Assembly: GCF_008000775.2 (NCBI RefSeq)
Contig: NZ_CP042905.2
Location: forward strand, 330,001-362,000
Direction of reading: 5' to 3'
Source of the DNA: Promethearchaeum syntrophicum
GTDB lineage: Archaea; Asgardarchaeota; Lokiarchaeia; Sigyniarchaeales; Promethearchaeaceae
DNA: 32,000 bases
In this document: positions 8,906-17,782 of the stretch, piece after piece
Layout: every line of letters starts with the position of its first letter
Numbering within the stretch: the first letter of the stretch is position 1
Translations under genes and position numbers: made by a program
The notes under the pieces: model-generated
What the model was told of the DNA's origin: nothing
Seen by the model: the letters and a program-made list of their open reading frames with translations, nothing else
The model's database searches: none

Positions 8906-9958
8906 TTATTGAAATTTTTCTCGACGGATCATATCGGTAAAAGATTCGATTCGAGTAATTAAACCCGACTCTCCTGAATGTTCATCTAATACAAGATCTA
9001 AATAAGGAATCTTCCTTTTTTTCATATCACGCATTATAATTTCCTGTATAAGACTATCAGGCCCACACGCAAATGATATTAAAAATATTATACCATCTAT
9101 TTTATTGCTACCATTACTTAAACAATATCGAGCAGTTTTTAATATTTCATCTTCGCTTTGCCAATATTGATGATATTGCTCATTTATTGTTATTTTCTCA
9201 CTAAATTCTGATTTTGGGAGATTTTCTATTGTTGTAATATTACAATCCATTGCTTGAAGCCGACTAATTAAATCCCTGTTTATATGGGTTTCATAGACAT
9301 TATATGCATGACCCAAAACTAAAATATTTACAGGAAATTTTCCTCGAATTGCTTCTGGAATAATTTGTTTTATAATTTTTTTTTTACGTTTGTGTTTGGG
9401 ATTACTATCAAGTTCATTGAGAAGTTCAATATAATCTCCTTCGCGAGCTTTATTTTGAAATTCTTCATATTTTCGAGTAGCATAATCCCATGCCTTTATC
9501 ATGGTTTCTCCATTATAACCCAAGATTTTTCCAAAATTTATTGCACTTTCGTGTTCACTATTTTTTTTCACATTGATTTCCAAAGTTATTATTGAAGTAT
9601 TTAAATTTAATCCATATTTCACTGCTTCTGGCAGAATTAGGAATTTTGGGCAAAAAAATTGTTCTTTATGACTTGAGACATAACGAGGAATAAAGATATA
9701 ATCCAAATCCGGAAATTCCGATAATAATTCTTTTACGTGCCCGAAATAAATTTTCATGGGAACACATAATTCAGAATTAGCTTCTTTTGTGCCCTCCTCA
9801 ACAATAACTGATGTAGTAGGACCTGATATTTTTACATCGCAATTTAAATAATCCAGAAAAGCTGTCCAAAATGGACCATATTTATAAAAATATAATGCTC
9901 TTGGTATTCCAATCTTTAATCGGTGCTTTTCTGTTTGACTCATTTTCGTGAACGACAC
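8906..9958 (-). CDS. DUF2229 / COG3580-like 2-hydroxyacyl-CoA dehydratase-related protein
   Basis: LKIGIPRALYFYKYGPFWTAFLDYLNCDVKIS … NSELCVPMKIYFGHVKEL … FACGPDSLIQEI … DEHSGESGLITRIESFTDMI. Confidence 0.87.
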   Translation of the reverse strand: MSFTKMSQTEKHRLKIGIPRALYFYKYGPFWTAFLDYLNCDVKISGPTTSVIVEEGTKEANSELCVPMKIYFGHVKELLSEFPDLDYIFIPRYVSSHKEQFFCPKFLILPEAVKYGLNLNTSIITLEINVKKNSEHESAINFGKILGYNGETMIKAWDYATRKYEEFQNKAREGDYIELLNELDSNPKHKRKKKIIKQIIPEAIRGKFPVNILVLGHAYNVYETHINRDLISRLQAMDCNITTIENLPKSEFSEKITINEQYHQYWQSEDEILKTARYCLSNGSNKIDGIIFLISFACGPDSLIQEIIMRDMKKRKIPYLDLVLDEHSGESGLITRIESFTDMIRREKFQ

Positions 9959-10070
9959 TTTAAATGTATCAATCTAATTAAAATTAACTCTTATTTTAAT
10001 ACATTTTTCCATTTATTTTGGTTCTAAAATTGCTGGATTTTGCAATTAAAAAAAAATGAGAAAAGTAATT

Positions 10071-10997
10071 TTATGAAATACTAAAATCTTTAGTGGAATC
10101 GGAAATTTTTTCTCCAATATCTTTCATTGGTGGTCTTGATGTTAAATTCTCTTCAATTTGAACTCGATCTTGATCAATAGAAATTGAAATTCCCTTACGA
10201 ATTATTCTCGAAACATTCATCTCTCCAGATTGAAGTATTAATACATCTTTTCGCATCTCATTTTTTATTTTTTGAACGTTTTCATAATTTAATTCCATTG
10301 AAGGGTCAATGTAAACCGGTTTTCCAATTACGACTTTAATTATACTTCCGTCACGTATCTTTATTTTATTTAAACTAGCATGTTTAGGAAAAACTTTGTA
10401 TGCTCCGAAAATTGAACATGGAACATATGGAACACCAACTTCTAAACAAAGTTTTGCTGCGCCACTATGAAATGGGGCTAATTCTCCATCTGGACTTCTT
10501 GTTCCTTCAGGAAACATACCAACACACCCTCCATTTTCAAGTACTGCTTTAACCTTTTCTAATGCATCAACATCTTGTTGTCCACGTTTTATTGGTATTG
10601 TTCCAAATGGTTTTATAATAGATTTAAAGATTGGGATATCGAAGTTTTCAATTTTAGATAACCATTGAACTTTTTTATTTACTGCACTTCCAACTAACCA
10701 AGGATCCAATTCACTTTGGTGATTGCTTATAACCATTGCTCCACCATGCTGAGGAAAATTTTCTTTTCCGACAATTGGATATTCCCACAATAATTTAAAA
10801 ATTCGGATAAAATTAGCTCGACCTACATTCCAATAGATAAAATCATCAAAAACTTCTAACACTCCCAGTTTTCCCATAAAAATTCTGCTTAAATCTGCAA
10901 TTTTATCAAAAGGATTATTTTCGAGCAGAATTCGTGCAAGTGATTTTTTTTTAACTTTGAGATTTTCCTTCTTCTCAATTATTTTATCATTTACCAT
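10071..10997 (-). CDS. plsC: 1-acyl-sn-glycerol-3-phosphate acyltransferase (PlsC-like)
   Basis: HxxxxD motif NHQSELDPWLVG, motif III MFPEGTRSPDG, motif IV VPCSIFG. Confidence 0.88.
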   Translation of the reverse strand: MVNDKIIEKKENLKVKKKSLARILLENNPFDKIADLSRIFMGKLGVLEVFDDFIYWNVGRANFIRIFKLLWEYPIVGKENFPQHGGAMVISNHQSELDPWLVGSAVNKKVQWLSKIENFDIPIFKSIIKPFGTIPIKRGQQDVDALEKVKAVLENGGCVGMFPEGTRSPDGELAPFHSGAAKLCLEVGVPYVPCSIFGAYKVFPKHASLNKIKIRDGSIIKVVIGKPVYIDPSMELNYENVQKIKNEMRKDVLILQSGEMNVSRIIRKGISISIDQDRVQIEENLTSRPPMKDIGEKISDSTKDFSIS

Positions 10998-11124
10998 TCA
11001 AGTAAACTCCAATAAAACCTTACCAAAGTCGTTAATCAAACGATTAGGATTAAAAATTAATAAATCAATTTAAACAATTTCACCAGAAGCATAAGGTGAT
11101 TTGTAGCGAAGTTAACAAAATCAA

Positions 11125-11751
11125 TCACTCATTACTCTGTAAATCCATATAATTCACTATTCGAGTAATATGCGATTTCAATAATATATTGCAAGCCTCA
11201 ATTTGTTCAATAGATTTTTCAATTTCTTTTTGTAATGTTTCCAACTCATCTTTAGGGGTATCAAGTGAAACCATTTTCGATATTTTATCTTCAAAATGTA
11301 TCAGAATTGGAGCTAAGTATTGAGTAGTAAAATTTTTCTTTGGAATTTTGGATATTTCTTTAACTTGGGTGTCGTCGTGAATGTTTCCCTCTTTTAACGC
11401 CATATCAAGAGCTTCGGGATTTAAAGATATAATTTCATCAATTAGTTTTCTACCAAATTTATTAATTTTATAGAATATTTGTTGCCTATTGGAATCTTTT
11501 TGCATATTGGTTTGCATAACAATTAAATTATCTTGTTTTAATTTCTTCAAAATGGGGTAAACAGTCCCTGATTTCACATTCCAACTATATTTATTCTGTA
11601 GGTGCTGCATGATTTGATATCCATATACTACTCTTGCTTTATTTAAGGGATCATCCTCTAATTCTGCAATTGCCATTAATACAAGAGTTGTTGCTACAGA
11701 AACGGTTTTATTTCTTGATTTTGAATCCAACCGAATTTTTTTTGAAAACAT
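11125..11751 (-). CDS. PadR-family transcriptional regulator with C-terminal helical region
   Basis: VLMAIAELE…YGYQIMQHLQNKYSWNVKSGTVYPILKKLKQDNLI…RQQIFYKINKFGRKLI. Confidence 0.85.
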   Translation of the reverse strand: MFSKKIRLDSKSRNKTVSVATTLVLMAIAELEDDPLNKARVVYGYQIMQHLQNKYSWNVKSGTVYPILKKLKQDNLIVMQTNMQKDSNRQQIFYKINKFGRKLIDEIISLNPEALDMALKEGNIHDDTQVKEISKIPKKNFTTQYLAPILIHFEDKISKMVSLDTPKDELETLQKEIEKSIEQIEACNILLKSHITRIVNYMDLQSNE

Positions 11752-11760
11752 TTTTTTTTC

Positions 11761-12408
11761 TTAGTCCTTATCATTAACACTATAATTTGAATCTGAAACT
11801 GTTTTTCTGACTTCTTCTTCTTCCATAGTTTTTTTTGCTTCAATTTCTCTCAATTTTTCAAATTCTTTTCTGATTTTTTTTTCTAATTTAGTTTTATCAG
11901 AATCTCTGAAGACAACCCAAGCATGTACTGTTATAAAAAATCCAAGAAAAGTGAATACATATATCCACCACTTTGAGTTTATATCAATTAAATAATTTGT
12001 TAAATAATTTATATATACCAAAAGCCCTCCGATTGCAATATTCATAACCGTAGTAATTAGAAATACTCGTTTATCATAATCATTAATGTTCATGGTGATT
12101 ACTATCATTGCATGTGCGATTAATCCTACACCCCATATTAAAATAGGCCACGCTGCCCAAAAATCCGTAATTTCATTAATTGGGATTGGATCTTCAAAAA
12201 CGTTCAAATTTATCAATATCAATAATGTATTTGTAAGTAAATATATGATGGTATGGCTTTTTAAAGTGGATTTTATCAAAACTCGCTTTCGTGCAATTTC
12301 AGCTAATTCTAAATGTTCAATTGGAATATCTTCTTCTTCTTCTATTGAAGATTCATCATCTTCACTTTTATTTACTTCCTTTACTAAACGCCTTATTATT
12401 GAAGACAT
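11761..12408 (-). CDS. 2TM-domain-like membrane protein (about four hydrophobic segments in two pairs)
   Basis: HTIIYLLTNTLLILINL…WPILIWGVGLIAHAMIV repeated in style by a second hydrophobic pair; charged termini. 9 nt upstream of the PadR gene. Confidence 0.7.
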   Translation of the reverse strand: MSSIIRRLVKEVNKSEDDESSIEEEEDIPIEHLELAEIARKRVLIKSTLKSHTIIYLLTNTLLILINLNVFEDPIPINEITDFWAAWPILIWGVGLIAHAMIVITMNINDYDKRVFLITTVMNIAIGGLLVYINYLTNYLIDINSKWWIYVFTFLGFFITVHAWVVFRDSDKTKLEKKIRKEFEKLREIEAKKTMEEEEVRKTVSDSNYSVNDKD

Positions 12409-12412
12409 ATTC

Positions 12413-12601
12413 TCACTTCTTTAATTTACGTGGTTGCCAACCTTCACACGGCTCGGTAGTCGTCCGTTCCCCTTCCCATAAATGGCAATATCCTACAGAT
12501 TCTGGGTTAGAAAAACATTTTCCTTGGGGATCTTTACCATCTATATCACAAGAATGAAAATGAATACAAGTTAAACAAGATTTTTTTTTTTTATCGCTCA
12601 T
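12413..12601 (-). CDS. Cys-rich mini-protein (62 aa, six Cys)
   Basis: SCLTCIHFHSCDIDG…GKCFSNPESVGYCHLWEGERTTTEPCEGW; ATG start, 4 nt from the next gene. Confidence 0.65.
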   Translation of the reverse strand: MSDKKKKSCLTCIHFHSCDIDGKDPQGKCFSNPESVGYCHLWEGERTTTEPCEGWQPRKLKK

Positions 12602-12669
12602 TAGTTCAAAATACGAAAAGAAATAATAATATATATTTCTTCTTAACCTAATTAATTCAATAATTATTA

Positions 12670-12697
12670 TTTAAAATTTAAAATTTAAAATTTAAAA
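12670..12697. repeat. Four tandem copies of TTTAAAA
   Basis: Direct reading of 12670-12697 with a degenerate fifth unit (TTAAAAG) immediately upstream of the 12717 gene. Confidence 0.9.
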
Positions 12698-12716
12698 TTA
12701 AAAGAAGTGAAAAAAA

Positions 12717-13595
12717 GTGAAAATTGGCTGGATTGGAACAGGTACCACAGGAAAACCAATGGTTTCTCATCTTATCAAAGCAGGTAATGATGTGATTGTC
12801 TATAATCGAACTCTTAGTAAATGCGATGATTTAACTGAATTAGGTGCAAAGGTTTGTACTACACCTAAAGAAGTCACTGAAAAAGCAGATATAATCTTTA
12901 CAATGTTAGGTTTCCCATCAGATGTCGAAAATGTGTATTTCGGAGAAAATGGGATTTTATCGGGAGTTAACCCTGGCAAGATCCTTATTGACATGACAAC
13001 CTCTAGTCCCCGATTAGCAAAACGAATATATGATGATGCTAAAGAGAAAGGTGCCTTTTCACTGGATGCACCTATTGAGGGTGATGATTTAGCTGCACGG
13101 AAAAAGACTTTACATGTTATGGCTGGTGGAGATGAAGAAATATTTGAAGATGTTTATCAATTATTCATGACAGTTGCAGAAAATGCAACATATATGGGTG
13201 AAGCCGGTTCAGGTCAAAATACCAAAATGGCTAATCAAATTTTAATAGCCGATACGATGATTGGTGTTGTAGAATCGTTATTATATGCATATAAAACCGG
13301 TTTGGATTTAAAAAAAGTAATTGGTGTAATTGGTAAAGGAACTGCTTCTTCTTGGTCAATTAATAATTTAGGAAGGAGAATAATTAAAAAGAAATTCAAT
13401 CCTGGTTTTTATATAAAGCATTTTGTCAAAGATATGGGTATTATTTTAGAAGAATCAGAACGTATGCGTCTCGCTCTCCCTGGACTTTCATTAGTTCGTC
13501 AATTCTATATCGCTGCAATGAACTTGGGGATGGAAAATTTAGGAACTCAAGGAATTTATAAAGTTTTTGCGAAAATGAATGGAATTGATTTATAA
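12717..13595 (+). CDS. NAD(P)-dependent beta-hydroxyacid dehydrogenase (3-hydroxyisobutyrate dehydrogenase-like)
   Basis: IGWIGTGTTGKPMVSHL Rossmann motif, GVLSGVNPGKILIDMTT-type region, DAPIEGDDLAARKKTLHVMAGG, GSGQNTKMANQ catalytic Lys region. GTG start. Confidence 0.9.
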   Translation: MKIGWIGTGTTGKPMVSHLIKAGNDVIVYNRTLSKCDDLTELGAKVCTTPKEVTEKADIIFTMLGFPSDVENVYFGENGILSGVNPGKILIDMTTSSPRLAKRIYDDAKEKGAFSLDAPIEGDDLAARKKTLHVMAGGDEEIFEDVYQLFMTVAENATYMGEAGSGQNTKMANQILIADTMIGVVESLLYAYKTGLDLKKVIGVIGKGTASSWSINNLGRRIIKKKFNPGFYIKHFVKDMGIILEESERMRLALPGLSLVRQFYIAAMNLGMENLGTQGIYKVFAKMNGIDL

Positions 13596-13651
13596 TCTTT
13601 TTTTGTTCGCATTATCACAAACAATAAATATAATATTCGGGAGAAAAAAAG

Positions 13652-14914
13652 TTGTTTTCTAAATTAAAAAGTACTTATCACGAATTTCCAAAGAATTTTT
13701 GGTTAATTGTTGTCGCGGCTTTTGTTGATGGCATTGGTATGTATATTCTCTTTCCATTTTTTGGTCTTTATATTACTGGTCATTTTGATGTAGGAGTAAC
13801 TGAAGTTGGTGTGGTCTTTATGTTATTTTCTATGGGAGGAATTATTGGAGGGATTCTAGGAGGTACTATTGCTGATAAACTAGGGCGTAAAGGAATAATC
13901 CTTTTTGGAATGATTACGAGTGGTTTATCCAGTGTATTTTTAGGTTATTTTATAGATATATCTTTTTTTTATTTCGCTGCTATTATTGTTGGAGTTTTTG
14001 GTAATATTGGAGGACCTGGGCGTCAAGCTATGGTCTCTGATATTTTACCCGGGAAACAATATGTAGAGGGTTTTGGGATTCTGCGTGTAGCTTCAAATTT
14101 AGCTGCCATAATAGGACCAGCGATAGGAGGGTTTCTTGCCGTAAAAGATTTCATGCTTATTTTTTATGCAGATGCAATACTCGGCATCGGAATGGCTATT
14201 ATTTTATGGATATTTCTTCCTGAGACCAAACCAGAGAAAAAAGGGGGTGAAAAATTGCATTCTCTTGTAGAAACTTTAAAAGGATACCGTTTAGTAATAA
14301 AAGATAGGATTTTTATGGCATTCTTTGGTGTTTTTACCTTAACCACAATGGTTTTTATACAATTAAATACTACGCTTTCTGTTTTTTTATTTGGAGCCTA
14401 CAACTTTCCGGCTGATAAATTTGGCCTATTATTAACAATGAATGCCACAATAATAGTTGTTTTTCAATTCTGGGTCACGCGAAAAATTAAAAAATTTCCT
14501 CCAATGATTATGATGGCTATTGGATCTTTGCTTTATACAATCGGATTTACAATGTTCGGTTTTGTTTCTCAAGAAATATTGTTCTTAGTGGCAATGATAA
14601 TCATAACTATGGGAAATATGATAACAGCCCCATTTTCTCAGAGTTTAGTTTCCTTTTTTGCCTTGGAAGATAAAAGAGGGAGGTATATGGCAATATTTGG
14701 TTTTTCTTGGATTCTTCCTATGCTGATTGGTGTTTTGGGTGCTGGGATTATATTAGATGGACCACATCCCAATTGGCTATGGTACTTAAGCGGAATTCTT
14801 TTAATCTTAGCTGTGATGGGATATTTATGGTTACATCAAGTATTAAAGCAGAAAACAGTTGAAGAAAAAGGAAATTTCCCAAATGAAGATAATGGTGGAA
14901 ACCCAATAAGATAA
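13652..14914 (+). CDS. MFS transporter (multidrug-efflux-like)
   Basis: About 12 TM segments, motif A G-x3-DKLGRKG (GTIADKLGRKG). TTG start. Confidence 0.87.
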   Translation: MFSKLKSTYHEFPKNFWLIVVAAFVDGIGMYILFPFFGLYITGHFDVGVTEVGVVFMLFSMGGIIGGILGGTIADKLGRKGIILFGMITSGLSSVFLGYFIDISFFYFAAIIVGVFGNIGGPGRQAMVSDILPGKQYVEGFGILRVASNLAAIIGPAIGGFLAVKDFMLIFYADAILGIGMAIILWIFLPETKPEKKGGEKLHSLVETLKGYRLVIKDRIFMAFFGVFTLTTMVFIQLNTTLSVFLFGAYNFPADKFGLLLTMNATIIVVFQFWVTRKIKKFPPMIMMAIGSLLYTIGFTMFGFVSQEILFLVAMIIITMGNMITAPFSQSLVSFFALEDKRGRYMAIFGFSWILPMLIGVLGAGIILDGPHPNWLWYLSGILLILAVMGYLWLHQVLKQKTVEEKGNFPNEDNGGNPIR

Positions 14915-14928
14915 CTTAGTTTTATTTC

Positions 14929-16341
14929 TTATCTGTTTTTTAATTTTACTTTCTGAAGGAAAAAAAGTCCAATTCCATAAATTAAACCAATAACAGGGAA
15001 AATAAAAATAATTATCTGAGGATTCTCGGCATTATCTCCAACAAATATTATGCCTAATATTAAATTTGCAATTCCCGAAGAAATATTCATACTAAAAAGA
15101 TTTAACCCAAAGTAGGCTCCTGACAGATCTTCCTCCTGATTGTTCTCTTCACTTTGGGATTTTTCCACTTTGATTTCATCTACTAAAGCTGATGTTATTG
15201 GATTTGGAAATATAAATCCCGCGAGTAAACATGAAACTAAAAGACCAAAAATAATTACTCCTAATAAGATTCCAATCCACAATTTTGGAAAATTAAATAA
15301 GAATATCAAACCTGATATTGAAATACCAATACTTAATTTTATACTAATCGAAAATCCATTAATTAAACCAGTTTTTGAGATTAATTTCTGCCAAAAGAAA
15401 AATCCACTAATTGCAAAAGGTGCAATAAGTAAGAAGAAAATAAAATAATTCTCTTCCTTTAGATGCAATACAAAAGTTAAAAATGGGATCATTACAACGA
15501 TACAAAGTCTAAATGCCATATTGTAAAATATCGTTTGCCAAAGGAAGTTTTTGTTGTTAATATGCTTGGTTGGAGCAAATATTTGTTCAATACTTTTCTT
15601 AAAGTTAGTTCTTTTGAAGTTTGTTGATTCAATTTCAGTATCATCTTGTTTATAATTTTCTTGTGTGCTGAAAAAGGTGATAACTATTGCAATTGTAGAA
15701 ATTATTGTAATTATCCCCCCAATCCAAGGGGTTATTGATAAAATATGTTGTCCAGATAATTGCCACCATTTACTATTAAGTGGGTCAGATAATTGGCTTT
15801 GTAGGACCATAACTACTGCCATACCTCCTACAACACCAATAATATTAAATAATCCTTGTATTGAAGCAACTTTTACTCTTTCCTTTTCAGTGGGTGCTTG
15901 TTCAGGTAACATTGAATAGTATGGTGCAAAACCCATTGCTACAGATCCAGAAAATCCCACACCCACAACCCATAAGTAAATCGCTGTTGGCCAATACATT
16001 GTTTGACCATCAGGGCAGTTAGGAGGCATCCATATTAAAATCATGAAAAATATCATTCCAGGAAGGCTTAATAAGAGAAAAGGGCGACGCTTACCGAATT
16101 TTCCTATTTTCATATTATCAGAAATAACGCCAGAGAGAATTGCTCCAAGTGAGAAAACAACTAACCCAATAAACATTCCAATTGAAACTAGTAAAGCATC
16201 TAATCCTACTGTGTAAACGTAAAATTGAAAAGTATATGCGTTAACAAATGTTATTGGGAGCATAAAACCCATAGTTCCTATCGCAAATCCAATATAGTTT
16301 ATATTTTTCGATTTCAAATCTGTTTTTAAATTCATTTTCAA
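14929..16341 (-). CDS. GPH-type sugar:cation symporter / MFS transporter
   Basis: 12 TM-like segments; GVISDNMKIGKFGKRRPFLLL resembles the GPH/MelB motif; MLPEQAPTEKERVKVASIQGLFNIIG. Confidence 0.82.
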   Translation of the reverse strand: MKMNLKTDLKSKNINYIGFAIGTMGFMLPITFVNAYTFQFYVYTVGLDALLVSIGMFIGLVVFSLGAILSGVISDNMKIGKFGKRRPFLLLSLPGMIFFMILIWMPPNCPDGQTMYWPTAIYLWVVGVGFSGSVAMGFAPYYSMLPEQAPTEKERVKVASIQGLFNIIGVVGGMAVVMVLQSQLSDPLNSKWWQLSGQHILSITPWIGGIITIISTIAIVITFFSTQENYKQDDTEIESTNFKRTNFKKSIEQIFAPTKHINNKNFLWQTIFYNMAFRLCIVVMIPFLTFVLHLKEENYFIFFLLIAPFAISGFFFWQKLISKTGLINGFSISIKLSIGISISGLIFLFNFPKLWIGILLGVIIFGLLVSCLLAGFIFPNPITSALVDEIKVEKSQSEENNQEEDLSGAYFGLNLFSMNISSGIANLILGIIFVGDNAENPQIIIFIFPVIGLIYGIGLFFLQKVKLKNR

Positions 16342-16493
16342 CTTCCAAAATGTCTGAATTAATTGTATAACACACGAAATTATGTTTTTATTTATTTTGC
16401 CTCTAAAATAACCTTTCGACTTCAGTGAAAATTAAAACATTTTTAAAACTCATCTACCCAAATACAAGTAATATCAAAAAAAATATATAGAAA

Positions 16494-17750
16494 TTGATTA
16501 AAATGATTGAAAATATTTTTGGATCCACTTCCCTTCGTGATATCATGAGATTAAGACCTTTTAAACGCAGAAGAGAATCTTCTTTTGATAAAACTGGGGG
16601 AAATATGGATAATATTAGAATCAAACCAGGAGAAAAAGTCACAATTTTTCAGAAAAATGGACCTGGATGTATTAATCATATTTGGACAACGCAAATGTGT
16701 TTTGGAGAGCCATTTTTTTTAAGACATCTTATTATAAGGATTTTTTGGGATGACGAAGAATTCCCTAGTGTTGAATGCCCTCTTGGAGATTTTTTCGGAC
16801 TCGGTCATGGTGAACGAATAAATTTTATTAGTGAACCTTTGCAAATGAGTCCGCAAAAGGGTAAAGGCTTTAATTGTTGGTGGCCAATGCCTTTTAAGAA
16901 AAATGCGCGTATAGAAATTGAAAATGATAATCCCAACTCTTTTACTCCGGGAGGTGATGGATTAAAATCTCCTGGATTAATATTTTATTATTATGTCGAT
17001 TATGAAATTTACGAAAAATGGCCACAAGATGAGGGTACAAGTCCAATTGGTTATTTTCATAGTTGTTTTAGAACTGTTGATTACAAAACCGATATGAAAA
17101 GGAATCCCGATACCGGAAAAAAATATAGAAAACTGGAATGGCAAGCTACGGCTGGAAAAAATACACGCGCAAATGGTGGTTATGACAGAAATCATGTTAT
17201 TTTAGAAGCTACAGGGAAGGGACAATATGTGGGATGTAATGTTAATATCGATAATAAATTTCGTCTAAATTACAATTGGCCTGGTGAAGGAGATGATATG
17301 ATATTTATTGATGACGACATTGGGAAAGAACCCACTATTTATGGAACAGGGACAGAAGATTATTTCAATACTGCATTCTGTCCAACAGAAAAATATAGTG
17401 CTCCTTATCATGGTGTTATAAAGGGAGGAGATTTTAATTGGTTAGGAAAAATAACTTATTATCGATATCACATTCAAGATCCAATACCTTTTGAAAAAGA
17501 AATTCAAGTTACAATCGAACATGGTCACAATAATCATAGGGGGGATAGGTGGGATTCAACTGCGTATTGGTATCAATTAGAACCCCATAAAAAACTTCCA
17601 GATTTTCCTCCTCGAAAGGAAAGAATGCCTCGAAAAGAATCAAAATTATTAAAAATAATTTTAAAGTGTCTTAAATTCATTTTTAAGATAGGTGTCTACG
17701 GGATTATTGCTTATGGTGCATTTTATCTATTTAATTTTTTTAACAAGTAA
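16494..17750 (+). CDS. DUF2961 / GH172-like glycoside hydrolase with C-terminal TM segment
   Basis: SLRDIMRLRPFKRRRESSFDKTGGNMDNIRIKPGE, GPGCINHIWTT, DFFGLGHGE, FNCWWPMPF, GTGTEDYFNTAFCP, YRYHIQDPIPFEKEIQVTIEHGHNN; C-term IFKIGVYGIIAYGAFYLFNFF. TTG at 16494 or ATG at 16503. Confidence 0.87.
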   Translation: MIKMIENIFGSTSLRDIMRLRPFKRRRESSFDKTGGNMDNIRIKPGEKVTIFQKNGPGCINHIWTTQMCFGEPFFLRHLIIRIFWDDEEFPSVECPLGDFFGLGHGERINFISEPLQMSPQKGKGFNCWWPMPFKKNARIEIENDNPNSFTPGGDGLKSPGLIFYYYVDYEIYEKWPQDEGTSPIGYFHSCFRTVDYKTDMKRNPDTGKKYRKLEWQATAGKNTRANGGYDRNHVILEATGKGQYVGCNVNIDNKFRLNYNWPGEGDDMIFIDDDIGKEPTIYGTGTEDYFNTAFCPTEKYSAPYHGVIKGGDFNWLGKITYYRYHIQDPIPFEKEIQVTIEHGHNNHRGDRWDSTAYWYQLEPHKKLPDFPPRKERMPRKESKLLKIILKCLKFIFKIGVYGIIAYGAFYLFNFFNK

Positions 17751-17782
17751 AGAAATTTATGTTTGTTAGGAGAAAAAAATGT

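Noticed and set aside
8149-9595. Plus-strand ORFs at 8149 and 9365
   Set aside because: Antisense shadows of the COG3581/DUF2229-like genes, Phe/Tyr-rich low-complexity translations.
11080-11099. Inverted repeat TCACC-N10-GGTGA after the PadR gene
   Set aside because: Only 5 bp with a weak T-run on the relevant strand; too weak to call a terminator.
12086-12557. Plus-strand ORFs 12086-12424 and 12291-12557
   Set aside because: Overlap the better-supported minus-strand 2TM-like and Cys-rich genes; no domain support.
15140-15919. Plus-strand ORFs opposite the GPH-type symporter
   Set aside because: Antisense to a clear 12-TM transporter.
16478-16490. TATA-like AAAAATATATAG before the GH172-like gene
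   Set aside because: Too close to the TTG/ATG starts (16494/16503) for normal TATA-to-start spacing unless translation begins further downstream.
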